Origin: an uncultured Gemmatimonadales bacterium
Lineage (GTDB): Bacteria > Gemmatimonadota > Gemmatimonadetes > Longimicrobiales > Gaopeijiaceae
Length of the DNA stretch: 64,000 bases
Direction of reading: 5' to 3'
NCBI GenBank assembly: GCA_963823035.1
Contig: CAWGKG010000005.1
Coordinates: 96,001 to 160,000 of the forward strand
Shown: one piece after another, positions 25,234 through 35,369 of the stretch
Layout: every line of letters begins with the position of its first letter
Numbering within the stretch: position 1 is the stretch's first letter
Position numbers and translations under genes: made by a program
Notes under the pieces: model-generated
Databases searched by the model: none
The model's input: only the letters and a program-made list of their open reading frames with translations
Told to the model about the DNA's origin: nothing

Positions 25234-27012
25234 GTGTCTCTCATCCTCGACGGCTCCCCCGCTTCCGAAGGGATCGCCTCCGGCAAGGTGTTCATCCTCC
25301 ACTGGGGCGTGCCCAACGTGCCGCACGAGACCGTCCCCGAGGAGAAGGTGGCCCAGGAGCTCGACCGCTTCACCGACGCCCTCCGCTGGGCCAAGGGGCG
25401 AATCCGTGAGGTCCAGGAGATGACACGGGAGCGCCTCGGCCCCGTGGAGGCGCGCATCTTCGATCCCCAGCTCCTCATGCTGGACGACCCCGCCGTGGTG
25501 GAGGGCACCGCCCGCTACATCTCGGAGAACCACCTCACGGCACAACGCGCGTTCGAGTGGCGGATGCTCGAGCTGCACGCGATGTGGAGCCGGACGTCGC
25601 AGCCGATGGTGCTCGATCGGCTCAACGACCTCGAGGACCTGATGATCCGGGTCCTGCATCGCCTTCTCGACCACCACGACCCCTCCGATCTGGCACGCGA
25701 GCAGGGGGGCGTGATCGTGGTGGCGCGCAACCTCACGCCGAGCCTCACGGTCCACCTCGACCCCGAGCACGTCCTGGGGATCGGCACCGACCTCGGCACC
25801 CGCACCGCGCACTGGGCGATCCTGGCCCGCTCGCTGGAGATCCCCGCGGTCGTAGGGCTCGGCCGCGTGACGCAGATGGCGCGCGAGGGGCAAGAGGCGA
25901 TCCTCGACGGGCGCATCGGTCGCATCGTGCTCGCGCCGGAGGCGCGCGACCGCGAGGCCTTCCGCGCCCGCCAGAGGAGCCTGCGCCTGTGGGAGGAGGA
26001 GGCGGCCATCCTCGCAGAGCAGGACTCGGTGACGGCGGACGGCCAGCCGATCGCGCTGCGCGCCAACCTCGACCTTCCCGCGGATGCGGAGCAGGCCCGG
26101 GCGTACGGCGCCGAGGGCATCGGGCTCTTCCGCACCGAGTTCCTCGTGGTGGGTCGCAGCCTCATGCCCGGTGAGGACGAGCAGTACGAGGCCTACCGGC
26201 GCGTCGCCGAGGCCTTCCCGAACGACAGCGTGACCATCCGGACGTTCGACCTGGGTGGGGACAAGTTCCCCATGTTCCTGCACATGCCCCAGGAGGAGAA
26301 CCCGTTCCTGGGGTGGCGGGCGATCCGCGTCTGCCTGGACGAGCCGGAGCTGTTCCGCACGCAGCTGCGCGCGCTGCTGCGGGCCACGGCACACGGCGAC
26401 GTGCGCATCATGCTCCCCCTCGTCAACGACGTGGACGAGGTCCGCCAGGTGCGCGCGCTCCTCGCGGAGGAGGAGGATGCGCTGCGCCGGGACGGGATCC
26501 CGTTCAACTCGGGCTACAAGCTCGGGGTGATGATCGAGACCCCCGCCGCGGCGCTGGACGCGGCCGAGCTCGCGCGTCACTCCGACTTCTTCTCGATCGG
26601 CACCAACGACCTGGTGCAGTACACACTCGCGGTGGACCGCACCAACACGCGGCTCGCCAAGCTCTACAACCCCTTCCATCCGGCCGTGGTGCGGCAGCTT
26701 CACCAGGTGGCGCGCGTGGGGCGGGCGGCGGGCATCGAGGTGAGCGTGTGCGGGGAGATGGCGGCCAACCCGCTGGGAGCCTTCCTCCTGCTCGGACTCG
26801 ACATCACGGCCATCTCGATGGCGTGGCCTTCCCTCCCCGAGATCAAGAAGGTCGTGCGCGACGTCCGCATCGAGGACGCCCGCCGCGCGGCTCGTAAGGC
26901 ATTGGCCGCGCCCACCAGCAAGGACGTCACGCGCTGCCTGGTGGAGGGCATCGGCGACTCCGTCGACCTCAAGGTGTTCTCGGGGCGCTGGAGCTTGTCG
27001 GTACCCCTGTGA
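25234..27012 (+). CDS. ptsI: PTS enzyme I
   Basis: TAHWAILARS phospho-His, GIGLFRTEF, NPFLGWRAIR, SIGTNDL and CGEMA. Confidence 0.96.
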   Translation: MSLILDGSPASEGIASGKVFILHWGVPNVPHETVPEEKVAQELDRFTDALRWAKGRIREVQEMTRERLGPVEARIFDPQLLMLDDPAVVEGTARYISENHLTAQRAFEWRMLELHAMWSRTSQPMVLDRLNDLEDLMIRVLHRLLDHHDPSDLAREQGGVIVVARNLTPSLTVHLDPEHVLGIGTDLGTRTAHWAILARSLEIPAVVGLGRVTQMAREGQEAILDGRIGRIVLAPEARDREAFRARQRSLRLWEEEAAILAEQDSVTADGQPIALRANLDLPADAEQARAYGAEGIGLFRTEFLVVGRSLMPGEDEQYEAYRRVAEAFPNDSVTIRTFDLGGDKFPMFLHMPQEENPFLGWRAIRVCLDEPELFRTQLRALLRATAHGDVRIMLPLVNDVDEVRQVRALLAEEEDALRRDGIPFNSGYKLGVMIETPAAALDAAELARHSDFFSIGTNDLVQYTLAVDRTNTRLAKLYNPFHPAVVRQLHQVARVGRAAGIEVSVCGEMAANPLGAFLLLGLDITAISMAWPSLPEIKKVVRDVRIEDARRAARKALAAPTSKDVTRCLVEGIGDSVDLKVFSGRWSLSVPL

Positions 27013-27069
27013 TTGCATAGCGTTTTCGTCGCCGTCACCCAACGAAATCCGACCGAGCGGGGCCGACCC

Positions 27070-28257
27070 TTGAGCCGCACGCTATTCACGTCCGAGTCCG
27101 TCACGGAAGGACATCCGGACAAGATCGCCGACCAGATCTCCGACGCCGTCCTGGACCACCTCCTCGCCGAGGACCCGAGCTCGCGCGTAGCCTGCGAGAC
27201 GCTCGTCACCACCGGCATGGCGATGGTCGCCGGCGAGGTCACGACGGAGGCCTACGCGCCGGTCGCGGAGATCGTGCGCGGCACGCTGCATCGGATCGGC
27301 TACACGAACGCCGCCTACGGCATCGACGCGCACACGTGCGCGATCCTCACCAGCCTCGACCAGCAGTCCCCCGACATCGCGATGGGCGTGGACCGCGGCG
27401 GCGCGGGCGACCAGGGGATGATGTTCGGCTACGCCTCGGACGAGACGGAGGAGCTCATGCCCGCGCCGATCATCCTGGCGCACCGGCTCACGCATCGGCT
27501 GGCCGAGGTGCGGAAGAGCGGCGAGCTCCCCTGGCTGAGGCCGGACGGGAAGGCACAGGTCACCGTCGAGTACGAGGGAGCGCGCCCGATGCGCGTGCAC
27601 ACCGTGGTCGTCAGCACCCAGCACGGCGAGGACGTGGCACAGAGCGACCTGGTCGAGGCGCTGCGCTCGCGGGTGATCGCCGCCGTCCTTCCGGGTGACC
27701 TCTACGATCCCGACGACTGCATCGTGCACATCAACCCCACAGGCCGCTTCGTCATCGGCGGGCCGCACGGCGACGCCGGCCTCACGGGCCGGAAGATCAT
27801 CGTCGACACCTACGGCGGGATGGGACGACACGGCGGCGGGGCATTCAGCGGGAAGGACGCCACCAAGGTGGACCGTTCCGCCGCGTACGCGGCGCGGTGG
27901 GCCGCGAAGAACGTGGTGGCCGCGGGGCTGGCGCACCGCTGCGAGATCCAGCTCGCCTACGCGATCGGCGTGGAGAGCCCGGTGTCGATCCACGTGGACA
28001 CCTTCGGGACCGGCTGCGTCAGCGAGGACGCGCTGAGCGACGCGCTGGACGAGGTGTTCGACTTCCGCCCCCTCGCCATCATCGAGCGCCTCGGGCTGCG
28101 CAAGCCGATCTTCACGCCCACGGCGGCGTACGGCCACTTCGGGCGCACGCCGGAGGAGCGGGTCCCGGACCTCGAGTCGGCCACGGAGCCGATCTGGTTC
28201 TTCCCGTGGGAGCGCACCGACCGAACGGACGACCTGAGGCGCGCGACGGGCCTCTGA
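27070..28257 (+). CDS. metK: S-adenosylmethionine synthetase
   Basis: [19 protein letters not shown] and GGGAFSGKD. Confidence 0.97.
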   Translation: MSRTLFTSESVTEGHPDKIADQISDAVLDHLLAEDPSSRVACETLVTTGMAMVAGEVTTEAYAPVAEIVRGTLHRIGYTNAAYGIDAHTCAILTSLDQQSPDIAMGVDRGGAGDQGMMFGYASDETEELMPAPIILAHRLTHRLAEVRKSGELPWLRPDGKAQVTVEYEGARPMRVHTVVVSTQHGEDVAQSDLVEALRSRVIAAVLPGDLYDPDDCIVHINPTGRFVIGGPHGDAGLTGRKIIVDTYGGMGRHGGGAFSGKDATKVDRSAAYAARWAAKNVVAAGLAHRCEIQLAYAIGVESPVSIHVDTFGTGCVSEDALSDALDEVFDFRPLAIIERLGLRKPIFTPTAAYGHFGRTPEERVPDLESATEPIWFFPWERTDRTDDLRRATGL

Positions 28258-28430
28258 CGCCTGCGACCGCGCGGCACGAGGGATTCCCGAGGCCCGGTGA
28301 GGGAGCGCGAACGCGTGGTGGGGGGCGGGCGACGACGGGAGCGAACCCGGACCGCCCTTCGGAGTATTGGTCTGGGAATCGCGGGGGCCGCACGTCCCCG
28401 GAAGTCCCCTCAGGTCGGAGTCACCGCGCG

Positions 28431-28967
28431 GTGCTGGTCGAAGTGAGAGTTCAGAGCCTCGGGCTCGACCGCTCCACGAACACCCCCGTCGTCATCCTCC
28501 AGGAGATCGGCGGAGAGCGCGTGCTCCCCATCTGGATCGGACCCGGTGAGGCGAGCGCCATCGCGATGCACCTCGCGGAGATGGAGTTCGCGCGCCCGCT
28601 TACCCACGACTTGCTCGTCGCCGTCCTGAAGGGGTTGGGTGGCTCGGTGCAGCGGGTCATCATCACGCGGGTCGAGAAGAGCACCTACTACGCCGAGCTC
28701 ATCGTCCAGCGCAACGGTCAGGTCTTCTCGCTGGACGCCCGTCCGTCCGACTCGATCGCGGTGGCCCTCCGCGTCGACGCCCGAATCTTCGCCCAGGAAG
28801 AGCTGCTGGAGCACGGATCCGTTGAGGTCACCGAAGACGAATCCGCGCCGGGTGTCGATCCGGGTGCCGTGGAGGAGATCGACGTCTCCGGAGCGATGGG
28901 ACCCGAGGAGCTCAAGGAGCATCTCCGCAGGCTGAACCCCGAGGACTTTGGCCGCTTCACGCCCTGA
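28431..28967 (+). CDS. Bifunctional nuclease (DUF151) family protein
   Basis: LPIWIG..EA.AI, RPLTHDL and DARPSDSIA. Confidence 0.9.
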   Translation: MLVEVRVQSLGLDRSTNTPVVILQEIGGERVLPIWIGPGEASAIAMHLAEMEFARPLTHDLLVAVLKGLGGSVQRVIITRVEKSTYYAELIVQRNGQVFSLDARPSDSIAVALRVDARIFAQEELLEHGSVEVTEDESAPGVDPGAVEEIDVSGAMGPEELKEHLRRLNPEDFGRFTP

Positions 28968-30082
28968 CTTCGCGCGACGACTTCCCCGGGTCGTCGCCCT
29001 CTTCCTCCTGCTGGGGACCCGCGTTCCCGCGGCGAGTCAGGTTCCGGCGGAGCCCGTGCTCCACGGCCGTGTCATGGTGGGCGACAGCGTGCTGACTTCG
29101 GGCACGGTGGTGCTGCATCACGTGGCCGAGGCGAGCCAGGGGGAGATCGATTCCACGCGCGTATCCGGCGACGGGACCTTCTCCTTTCGCCTGCCCACGG
29201 TCCCGGACCCCGGACGATCCGAGGTCTATTTCGCCTCCGTACGCCACAGCGGCATCCTCTATTTCGGCTCGCCGATCAACATGGCGGTACAGCTCGACTC
29301 GCTGTACGAGATCCACGCCTACGACACGCTCTCCGCGCCGGCCGGTGGTGCCGAACTGCCCGTCGAGGTGCGCAACCTCTTCCTCGAAGCCGACGCCGAC
29401 CGCTGGCAGGTGACCGACCTCTTCCAGCTCCGCAACGACGGGGACCGCACGCTCGTCGCCCCGGAGGGTGGCTTCATCTGGCGCTACCCTCTGCCGGCCG
29501 GCATCGAGAACCCCACCGTGGCCCAGGCGGAGTTCGCCACCGGAGCCGCCGCCGTCGAGGACGGACAGCTGGTGGTGCGCACGCCGCTGCCGCCCGGGCA
29601 GCGGCTGTTCGTGATCCGCTACGACGTACCCGACCCCTTCCTCGACCTTCCGCTCCCCGGCTCCACGGAGACCCTCGAGATCCTCGTGCGCGAGCCCGCG
29701 CCGCCGATGGACGCGCCCGGCCTCGTGGTCGGCGATCGGGTCGAGATCGAGCCCGGTTCCACCTATCGCCGCTTCAGCGGCCTGAACCTGAAGGACACCG
29801 AACGCCCGGCTCGTCGAAGCCGCACAGCCGTCGGCCCCACCCGTGCGCTGGTTCGCGGTGATCCTCGGCATCGTCCTCGGCTCGGTGGCCGTCTGGGCCG
29901 TGCAGAAGCGGACCCCGCCGCGCGCACCCGCGCCCACGGGCGAGATGCGCAGGGGGCTGATCCTCGAGATAGCCCGGCTCGACGAGGCTTTCGAGGCGAA
30001 CCCCGATCCGTCGGCGGAGGAGCGCGGGGCCTACGAGGCGCAACGTGCCGAGCTGCTCCGGCGGCTCCGTCAGCTCTCCTAG
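28948..30082 (+). CDS. Hypothetical exported membrane-anchored protein (carboxypeptidase-regulatory-like N-terminus); frameshift near 29800
   Basis: Signal peptide, GTFSF beta-sandwich, C-terminal TM helix and EIARLDE..Y...RAEL tail. Confidence 0.55.
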
Positions 30083-30094
30083 GCACCGCGGACC

Positions 30095-30855
30095 ATGACG
30101 GCGATCGGCACGCGGGCGATCCTCCTGCGCGCTCACGCCTATGGCGAGACCAGCCGCATCCTCCGCTTCTACACCGAGTCGCACGGCATGCTCGCCGTGA
30201 TGGCGCGCGGCGTGCGCGGCAGGGGGGGAAGGGTGGCCTCACCCTCGCGACCTTCGCCACCGGTGAGCTCACCGCCTTCGTGAAGCCGCACCGGGACCTG
30301 CACACCATGAAGGACTTCGCGTGCTCGCGCCTCCGTTCCGGGCTCGGTGCCTCCGTCCTCCGCTTCGCCGGCGCATCCGCGGTGGCGGAGCTCGTGGTCG
30401 CACACGCCGACGAGGAGCCGCGCCCCGAGATCTACCTGGCCCTGGAGGACGCGCTGGACGGGCTCGAGCAGGTGCAGGAAGCGGGCATCGCGACCGCCGC
30501 GCTCTCCGGGGCATGGCGCATCGTGGAGGCGTTCGGCTTCGCCCCCGAGCTGGAGGTGTGCACGCGATGCGGCACTCCGCTCGGCGCCGAGGAGATCGGA
30601 CGCTTCGACTTCGCGGCCGGCGGCATCCTGTGCGCCGCCTGCGGGGCGGGGGGTGCGGGGCCACGCGTCGGACCGGGTGCCCGCGCGCAGCTCCACGGCC
30701 TGCTCGCCGGGAGGTTGGACCCCCCGATCACGCACGCACGCCGACACCTGGCGCTCCTCTCCGACTTCGTCGCCTTCCATGTGGCGCAGCGGCCGCTCAA
30801 GTCGCTCCGCTTCCTCGGTGACCTCCTCCCCGGTGACGAGGAGGAAGCGACTTGA
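30095..30855 (+). CDS. recO: DNA repair protein RecO; frameshift near 30230
   Basis: YGETSRI...HGMLAVMARG, GFAPEL..CTRCG, GGILC..C and PLKS. Confidence 0.88.
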
Positions 30856-32757
30856 GCGGGGCCACCAGGGTCGTGGTCGGCACGGCAGGCCACATCGACC
30901 ACGGCAAGAGCGCCCTCGTGCGCGCCCTCACCGGCGTCGATCCCGACCGCCTTCCCGAGGAGCGCGAGCGAGGCATCACGATCGACCTCGGCTTCGCCGA
31001 GCTCCCCGGAGACGACGAGCTCCAGCTCGGCGTGGTGGACGTGCCCGGCCACGAGGACTTCGTGCGCACGATGGTGGCGGGCGCGACCGGCATCGACGTC
31101 GTCCTCCTCGTGGTCGCGGCCGACGAGGGGGTGATGCCGCAGACATCTGAGCACCTGGATATCGTCGAGCTGCTCGGGGTGCCGGAAATGGTCGTCGCGC
31201 TCACCAAGACCGACCTGGTCGACGAGGAGTGGTATGGCCTCGTCGAGGACGACGTGCGGGCGCGCCTCGCCGACACGCGATACGCAGGGGCTCCCCTGGT
31301 GGGCACCTCGGCGACGGCGGGCACCGGTCTCGAAGCCCTCCTCGACACGCTGCGGGTGGCGGCACGCCGCGGCAGGCGGCGCAATGCGGTGGATGTCGCC
31401 CGACTTCCCGTGGACCGCGTCTTCACCCTGCAGGGCACCGGGACGGTGGTCACCGGCACGCTCTGGTCGGGAACGCTCGCGCAGGGCGAGCGGGTCCACG
31501 TCCTGCCGAACGGCCCCGACGCCCGTATCCGGTCGCTCCAGGTGCACGGTCGCGACGTCGCGGAGGCGCGGGCCGGCGAGCGCACGGCCGTGGCGCTCAC
31601 CGGCGCCGAACGCCGTGCGATCGCGCGCGGCGCAACGGTCGTGAGGGCGGAAGGGTGGGCGCCCACCTGGATGCTCACGGCCGACGTGCGGATCCTGACC
31701 GGCTCGCGGTGGGGGATCGAGCATGGGCTCCGGGTCCGGGTCCACGTGGGTACGGCCGAGGTCATGGCGCGTTGCGTTCCGCTCGACGGGCCCGTCGAGG
31801 CCGGCGAGCGCGGTTGGGTCCAGCTGCGCCTGGAGGCGCCCGTGGTGGCGCGCGCGGGCGACCGCATCGTCGTGCGCAGCTACTCGCCCGTGACGACCAT
31901 CGGAGGTGGGGTGGTGGCGGAGTCGTCTCCACCCAAGCGGAAGGGCCTGGACGCCCCAGGAGCGTGCCGCGCTCGAGGCCCTCATCCAGGCCGTGCCGGC
32001 GCCGGCCGTACGCGCGGCACTCCGCCTCGCCGGTTGGGAGGGAGTGCCCATCGGGAGCCTCCCCGTGCGCGCGGGATGCACGCCACGCGAGGCCGAGGCC
32101 GCGCTGGCGTCGGCGGTCACGGACGGCGCGATCACCGCTCGGGTCACGGCCTTCTCGGCGGAAGTGGCCGCCGAGGCCGAGGCGGGTGTGCTGGCCGCGC
32201 TCGAGGAGGGCCACCGACGGCTGGCGCTACGCCCTTCCGTGCCGCTCGACCGCCTCCGTGCGTCCCACCCGGCATGGGCTCCACCCGAGCTGGCCGACGC
32301 GATCGTGGAGCGGCTCCGCGCCCGGGGAGGGGTCGAGCTGGCCCAGGGCGGCGCTCGACGGCCCGGCTTTCGTCCCACGCCCACGGACGACCAGGTGGAG
32401 GCGTGCAGGGCCCTGGGGATCGCCTATCGCGAGGCCGGCCTCGCGGCGCCGTTCCTCGAAGAGCTGCCCGAGGCGCTACGCTCGCGTTCCGACCTGCCCG
32501 AGCTCCTGCGCCACCTGGAGGGAGAAGGGACGCTGACAACGGTGGCCGAGGGGCTCCTCTACGACGCGCAGGTATTGGCGCGGGCGGAGGCCTCGATCCA
32601 GGACGAGCTGGGGGGTCGCAAGGACCTTTCCCCCGCGGACTTTCGTGACGTGCTTCCCGTCTCGCGCCGGCATCTCATGCCTCTCCTGGCCCACTTCGAC
32701 GGGGCGGGGGTCACCCTCCGGCGGGGCCCTGTCCGGGACGTGCCTACCGGCACCTGA
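30852..32757 (+). CDS. selB: Selenocysteine-specific elongation factor; frameshift near 31955
   Basis: GTAGHIDHGKS, EERERGITIDLGF, DVPGHEDF, DRVFTLQGTGTVVTGT and C-terminal winged helix SRRHLMPLL. Confidence 0.93.
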
Positions 32758-32942
32758 GTCCACGGCGCTCGCATGGCCGAGGCAACCGAAACGGAGTCGG
32801 AAGCGTCCAATCCCGCGAAGAGAGTTGACCCCCGCTCGCACCCCGCGGTACAATGGAGGTGAGCGCGAGTCGCTGCGGTATGCTTCACACTTGGAGCGCG
32901 ATCGATCCTCGGTTACTGCACAGCCACCTCTGTGCGGAGGTC

Positions 32943-33389
32943 ATGATGAGGCGCACGCTTGGCGTCTTGTCCGTCCTCCTTCTCTCGTGCGGCGCGTCGG
33001 CCACCCTCTCGGCTCAGGAGGCGGGACGCGATCCGCCTGGGCGGGCGAACGGATTCCAACTCGAACAGAACTACCCGAACCCGTTCAATCCGGAGACAAA
33101 GATCCCCTTCGTTCTCGCGGAGGAGCTCTTCGCCGACGGACGACCGGCCGTTGTGACCCTGCGTATCTACAACCTCCTCCAACAGATGGTCGCCGTCCCC
33201 GTGGCGCTCGGTCATCCGTCGGGTGAGGGCGTGCAGGTCCGGGATCTCGAGTACACGCAGCCCGGTCGCTACGAGGCGTTCTGGGACGGGCGAGACCTCT
33301 CCGGGCGCCAGGTGGCGTCCGGGATCTACTTCATGCAGCTCACCGTGAACGGGGTGAGCCAACTCCGGAAGATGTACGTCCTGAAATAG
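32943..33389 (+). CDS. Small secreted protein consisting of a FlgD-Ig/T9SS-CTD-like domain
   Basis: Signal peptide then LEQNYPNPFNPET...IYNLL...WDGRD.SG..VASGIYF...KM..LK. Confidence 0.75.
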   Translation: MMRRTLGVLSVLLLSCGASATLSAQEAGRDPPGRANGFQLEQNYPNPFNPETKIPFVLAEELFADGRPAVVTLRIYNLLQQMVAVPVALGHPSGEGVQVRDLEYTQPGRYEAFWDGRDLSGRQVASGIYFMQLTVNGVSQLRKMYVLK

Positions 33390-33405
33390 GTCGTTCGGGA
33401 CGCCT

Positions 33406-33780
33406 TCAGGACAGGAAGTAGAGGAACCTACCGCAGTGCTCGCAGGCCTGTAGCTCCGCGTTCGGATCCATCTCCCCGGCGGTCGCGGCCGGGACCGAGA
33501 CGTAGCATCCGTAGCAGATGCCGGCGATCACGGGCACCATCACCCGCTCCAGGTGGTCGGCGATGCGCTCGTACCGACGCCGCACCGGCAGGCTCAATTG
33601 ACCCACCAGCTCCTCGATGCGGCTTTGGAGCGTGGCGACCGCGTCTGCGGGGACGATGCCGAACTCGTCCTCCTCCAGCTCACCCACGCCGGACTCCGTC
33701 TCCAACTCGCGCACCTTCGCCCTGAGATCCTGGATCTCGAGGAGGGTGGTGAGTTGTGCGTCCATCACGGCGGCCCTCAA
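33406..33780 (-). CDS. C4-type zinc-ribbon domain protein (DUF164-like)
   Basis: LLEIQDL coiled coil, CYGC and CEHCGRFLY. Confidence 0.75.
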   Translation of the reverse strand: MRAAVMDAQLTTLLEIQDLRAKVRELETESGVGELEEDEFGIVPADAVATLQSRIEELVGQLSLPVRRRYERIADHLERVMVPVIAGICYGCYVSVPAATAGEMDPNAELQACEHCGRFLYFLS

Positions 33781-34229
33781 GGTGCTTTCCGGTCGAGCAG
33801 CTCCAGGAATTGGTCGGCGCTGTCCAGGTCCAGGAGACGCTCCGGGACCTCCGAGTCCTTGGCGAACTGGGCGATCTTGCCCAGCACGGGGAGGTACTGG
33901 TTCGACACCTCGAGCGGAGGCGCGACGATCAGAAAGAAGTTGTGGACCGGCGCGCCGTCGATCGCGTTGAAATCGACGCCCGACGGCTTACGCCCGTACG
34001 CGAGGCGGAGCCGGTTCACCACGAGCGACCGGCAGTGCGGGATCGCGATGCCGCGCCCAATGCCCGTCGAACCCAGGTTCTCCCTCCGCTTGAGCGTCTT
34101 GAAGAGAATCGCCTCGGACTTCTCGTCGAGGCCGAGGAGGGCAACCAACTCCTTGAGCAGGTCGTCCTTCACCTCGGACTGCAGGTCGAGCTTCACGACG
34201 TCGGCCGTGAAGAGATCCCGGAGCCGCAT
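33777..34229 (-). CDS. PTS EIIA (fructose/Ntr family)
   Basis: RENLGSTGIGRGIAIPH and FNAIDGAPV. Confidence 0.9.
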   Translation of the reverse strand: MRLRDLFTADVVKLDLQSEVKDDLLKELVALLGLDEKSEAILFKTLKRRENLGSTGIGRGIAIPHCRSLVVNRLRLAYGRKPSGVDFNAIDGAPVHNFFLIVAPPLEVSNQYLPVLGKIAQFAKDSEVPERLLDLDSADQFLELLDRKAP

Positions 34230-34363
34230 GTATCGCCTCCAAACGTGCTTGGATTCGTTCTGTCACAGGGTATATAGCTCCGTATGTTAACACGCCGCGC
34301 GGCGAGCGCCTAGCATCCGGTGCTTCACCGCACCGGCCGCGCTCCTTAGCTTCCCCATCAGCC

Positions 34364-35359
34364 ATGGCCACCTTCCTCCGACACCTGTCCGGGCCGATCA
34401 CGCCCCTCTTCCTCGCTCCCCAGGCCGGGGTGAGCGAGTCGCCGTTCCGTCGCCTGTGCCGACGGTTCGGAGCGGACGTGGTGGTCAGCGAGTTCGTGAG
34501 CGCGGCCGGCATCGTCATGGGCACGCGACGCTCGCACGAGTATCTCCGCTTCGACGAAGCGGAGCGGCCGATCGGCATCCAGATCTTCGGGGCCGATCCC
34601 GCCCAGATGGCCGAGGCCGCGGCCTTCGTCGAGGAGCTGCACGCGCCCGACTTCGTGGACATCAACTTCGGGTGTCCCGTCAAGAAGGTGGTGAAACGCA
34701 ACGGTGGCTCCGGCTGCCTGCGCGACCTCGACCTGGTGGCGCGCATCATCCGCGCGGTGGACGACGCGACCCGGCTACCCACCACCGTCAAGATCCGGAG
34801 CGGATTCGACGAGAGTACGCGGGACCCCGTGGGCATCGCCCTCCGTTGTCAGGAGGCTGGCGCCCGAGCGCTGTCTATCCACCCGCGCACCCGGGCCGAC
34901 ATGTACAGTGGCGATGCGCGTTGGTCGGAGATCCGCGACGTGACCGAGGCGCTGGAGATCCCCGTGATCGGCAATGGGGACATCCGGCGCGGCGACGACG
35001 CGCGGCGGATGCGCGACGAGACCGGCTGCGCCGGCGTCATGATCGCGCGCGGCTCACACGGCGATCCCTGGATCTTCCGGGAGGCGAGGGCGGCGCTCGA
35101 CGGAGCGCCGGTACCCCCTGAGCCCGACGTCGTGGAGCGCTTCCGGATCTGCCTCGAGCACGCACGAAACGCCATCGCCTTCGAGCACGACGCGCAGCGG
35201 GCGATCATCGACTTCCGCAAGCACCTCGGCTGGTACACGAAAGGACTGCCGGACGGGAGGCGGCTGCGCACGGAGCTCTTCCAGTCCACGACGCTCCAGG
35301 ACGTCGAGCGGCTGCTGGAGGGCTACCTGGAGGGGCAGGGGGTCTGCGCGCCCGCGTAG
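34364..35359 (+). CDS. dusB: tRNA-dihydrouridine synthase B
   Basis: LAPQAG, DINFGCPVKKV, TVKIRSG, IGNGDI and RKHLGWY. Confidence 0.93.
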   Translation: MATFLRHLSGPITPLFLAPQAGVSESPFRRLCRRFGADVVVSEFVSAAGIVMGTRRSHEYLRFDEAERPIGIQIFGADPAQMAEAAAFVEELHAPDFVDINFGCPVKKVVKRNGGSGCLRDLDLVARIIRAVDDATRLPTTVKIRSGFDESTRDPVGIALRCQEAGARALSIHPRTRADMYSGDARWSEIRDVTEALEIPVIGNGDIRRGDDARRMRDETGCAGVMIARGSHGDPWIFREARAALDGAPVPPEPDVVERFRICLEHARNAIAFEHDAQRAIIDFRKHLGWYTKGLPDGRRLRTELFQSTTLQDVERLLEGYLEGQGVCAPA

Positions 35360-35369
35360 GCGGGGGCGA

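Noticed and set aside
30852..32757. tRNA-Sec or SECIS-linked selenoprotein near selB
   Set aside because: I could not recognise any selC-like cloverleaf or in-frame TGA selenoprotein in the window.
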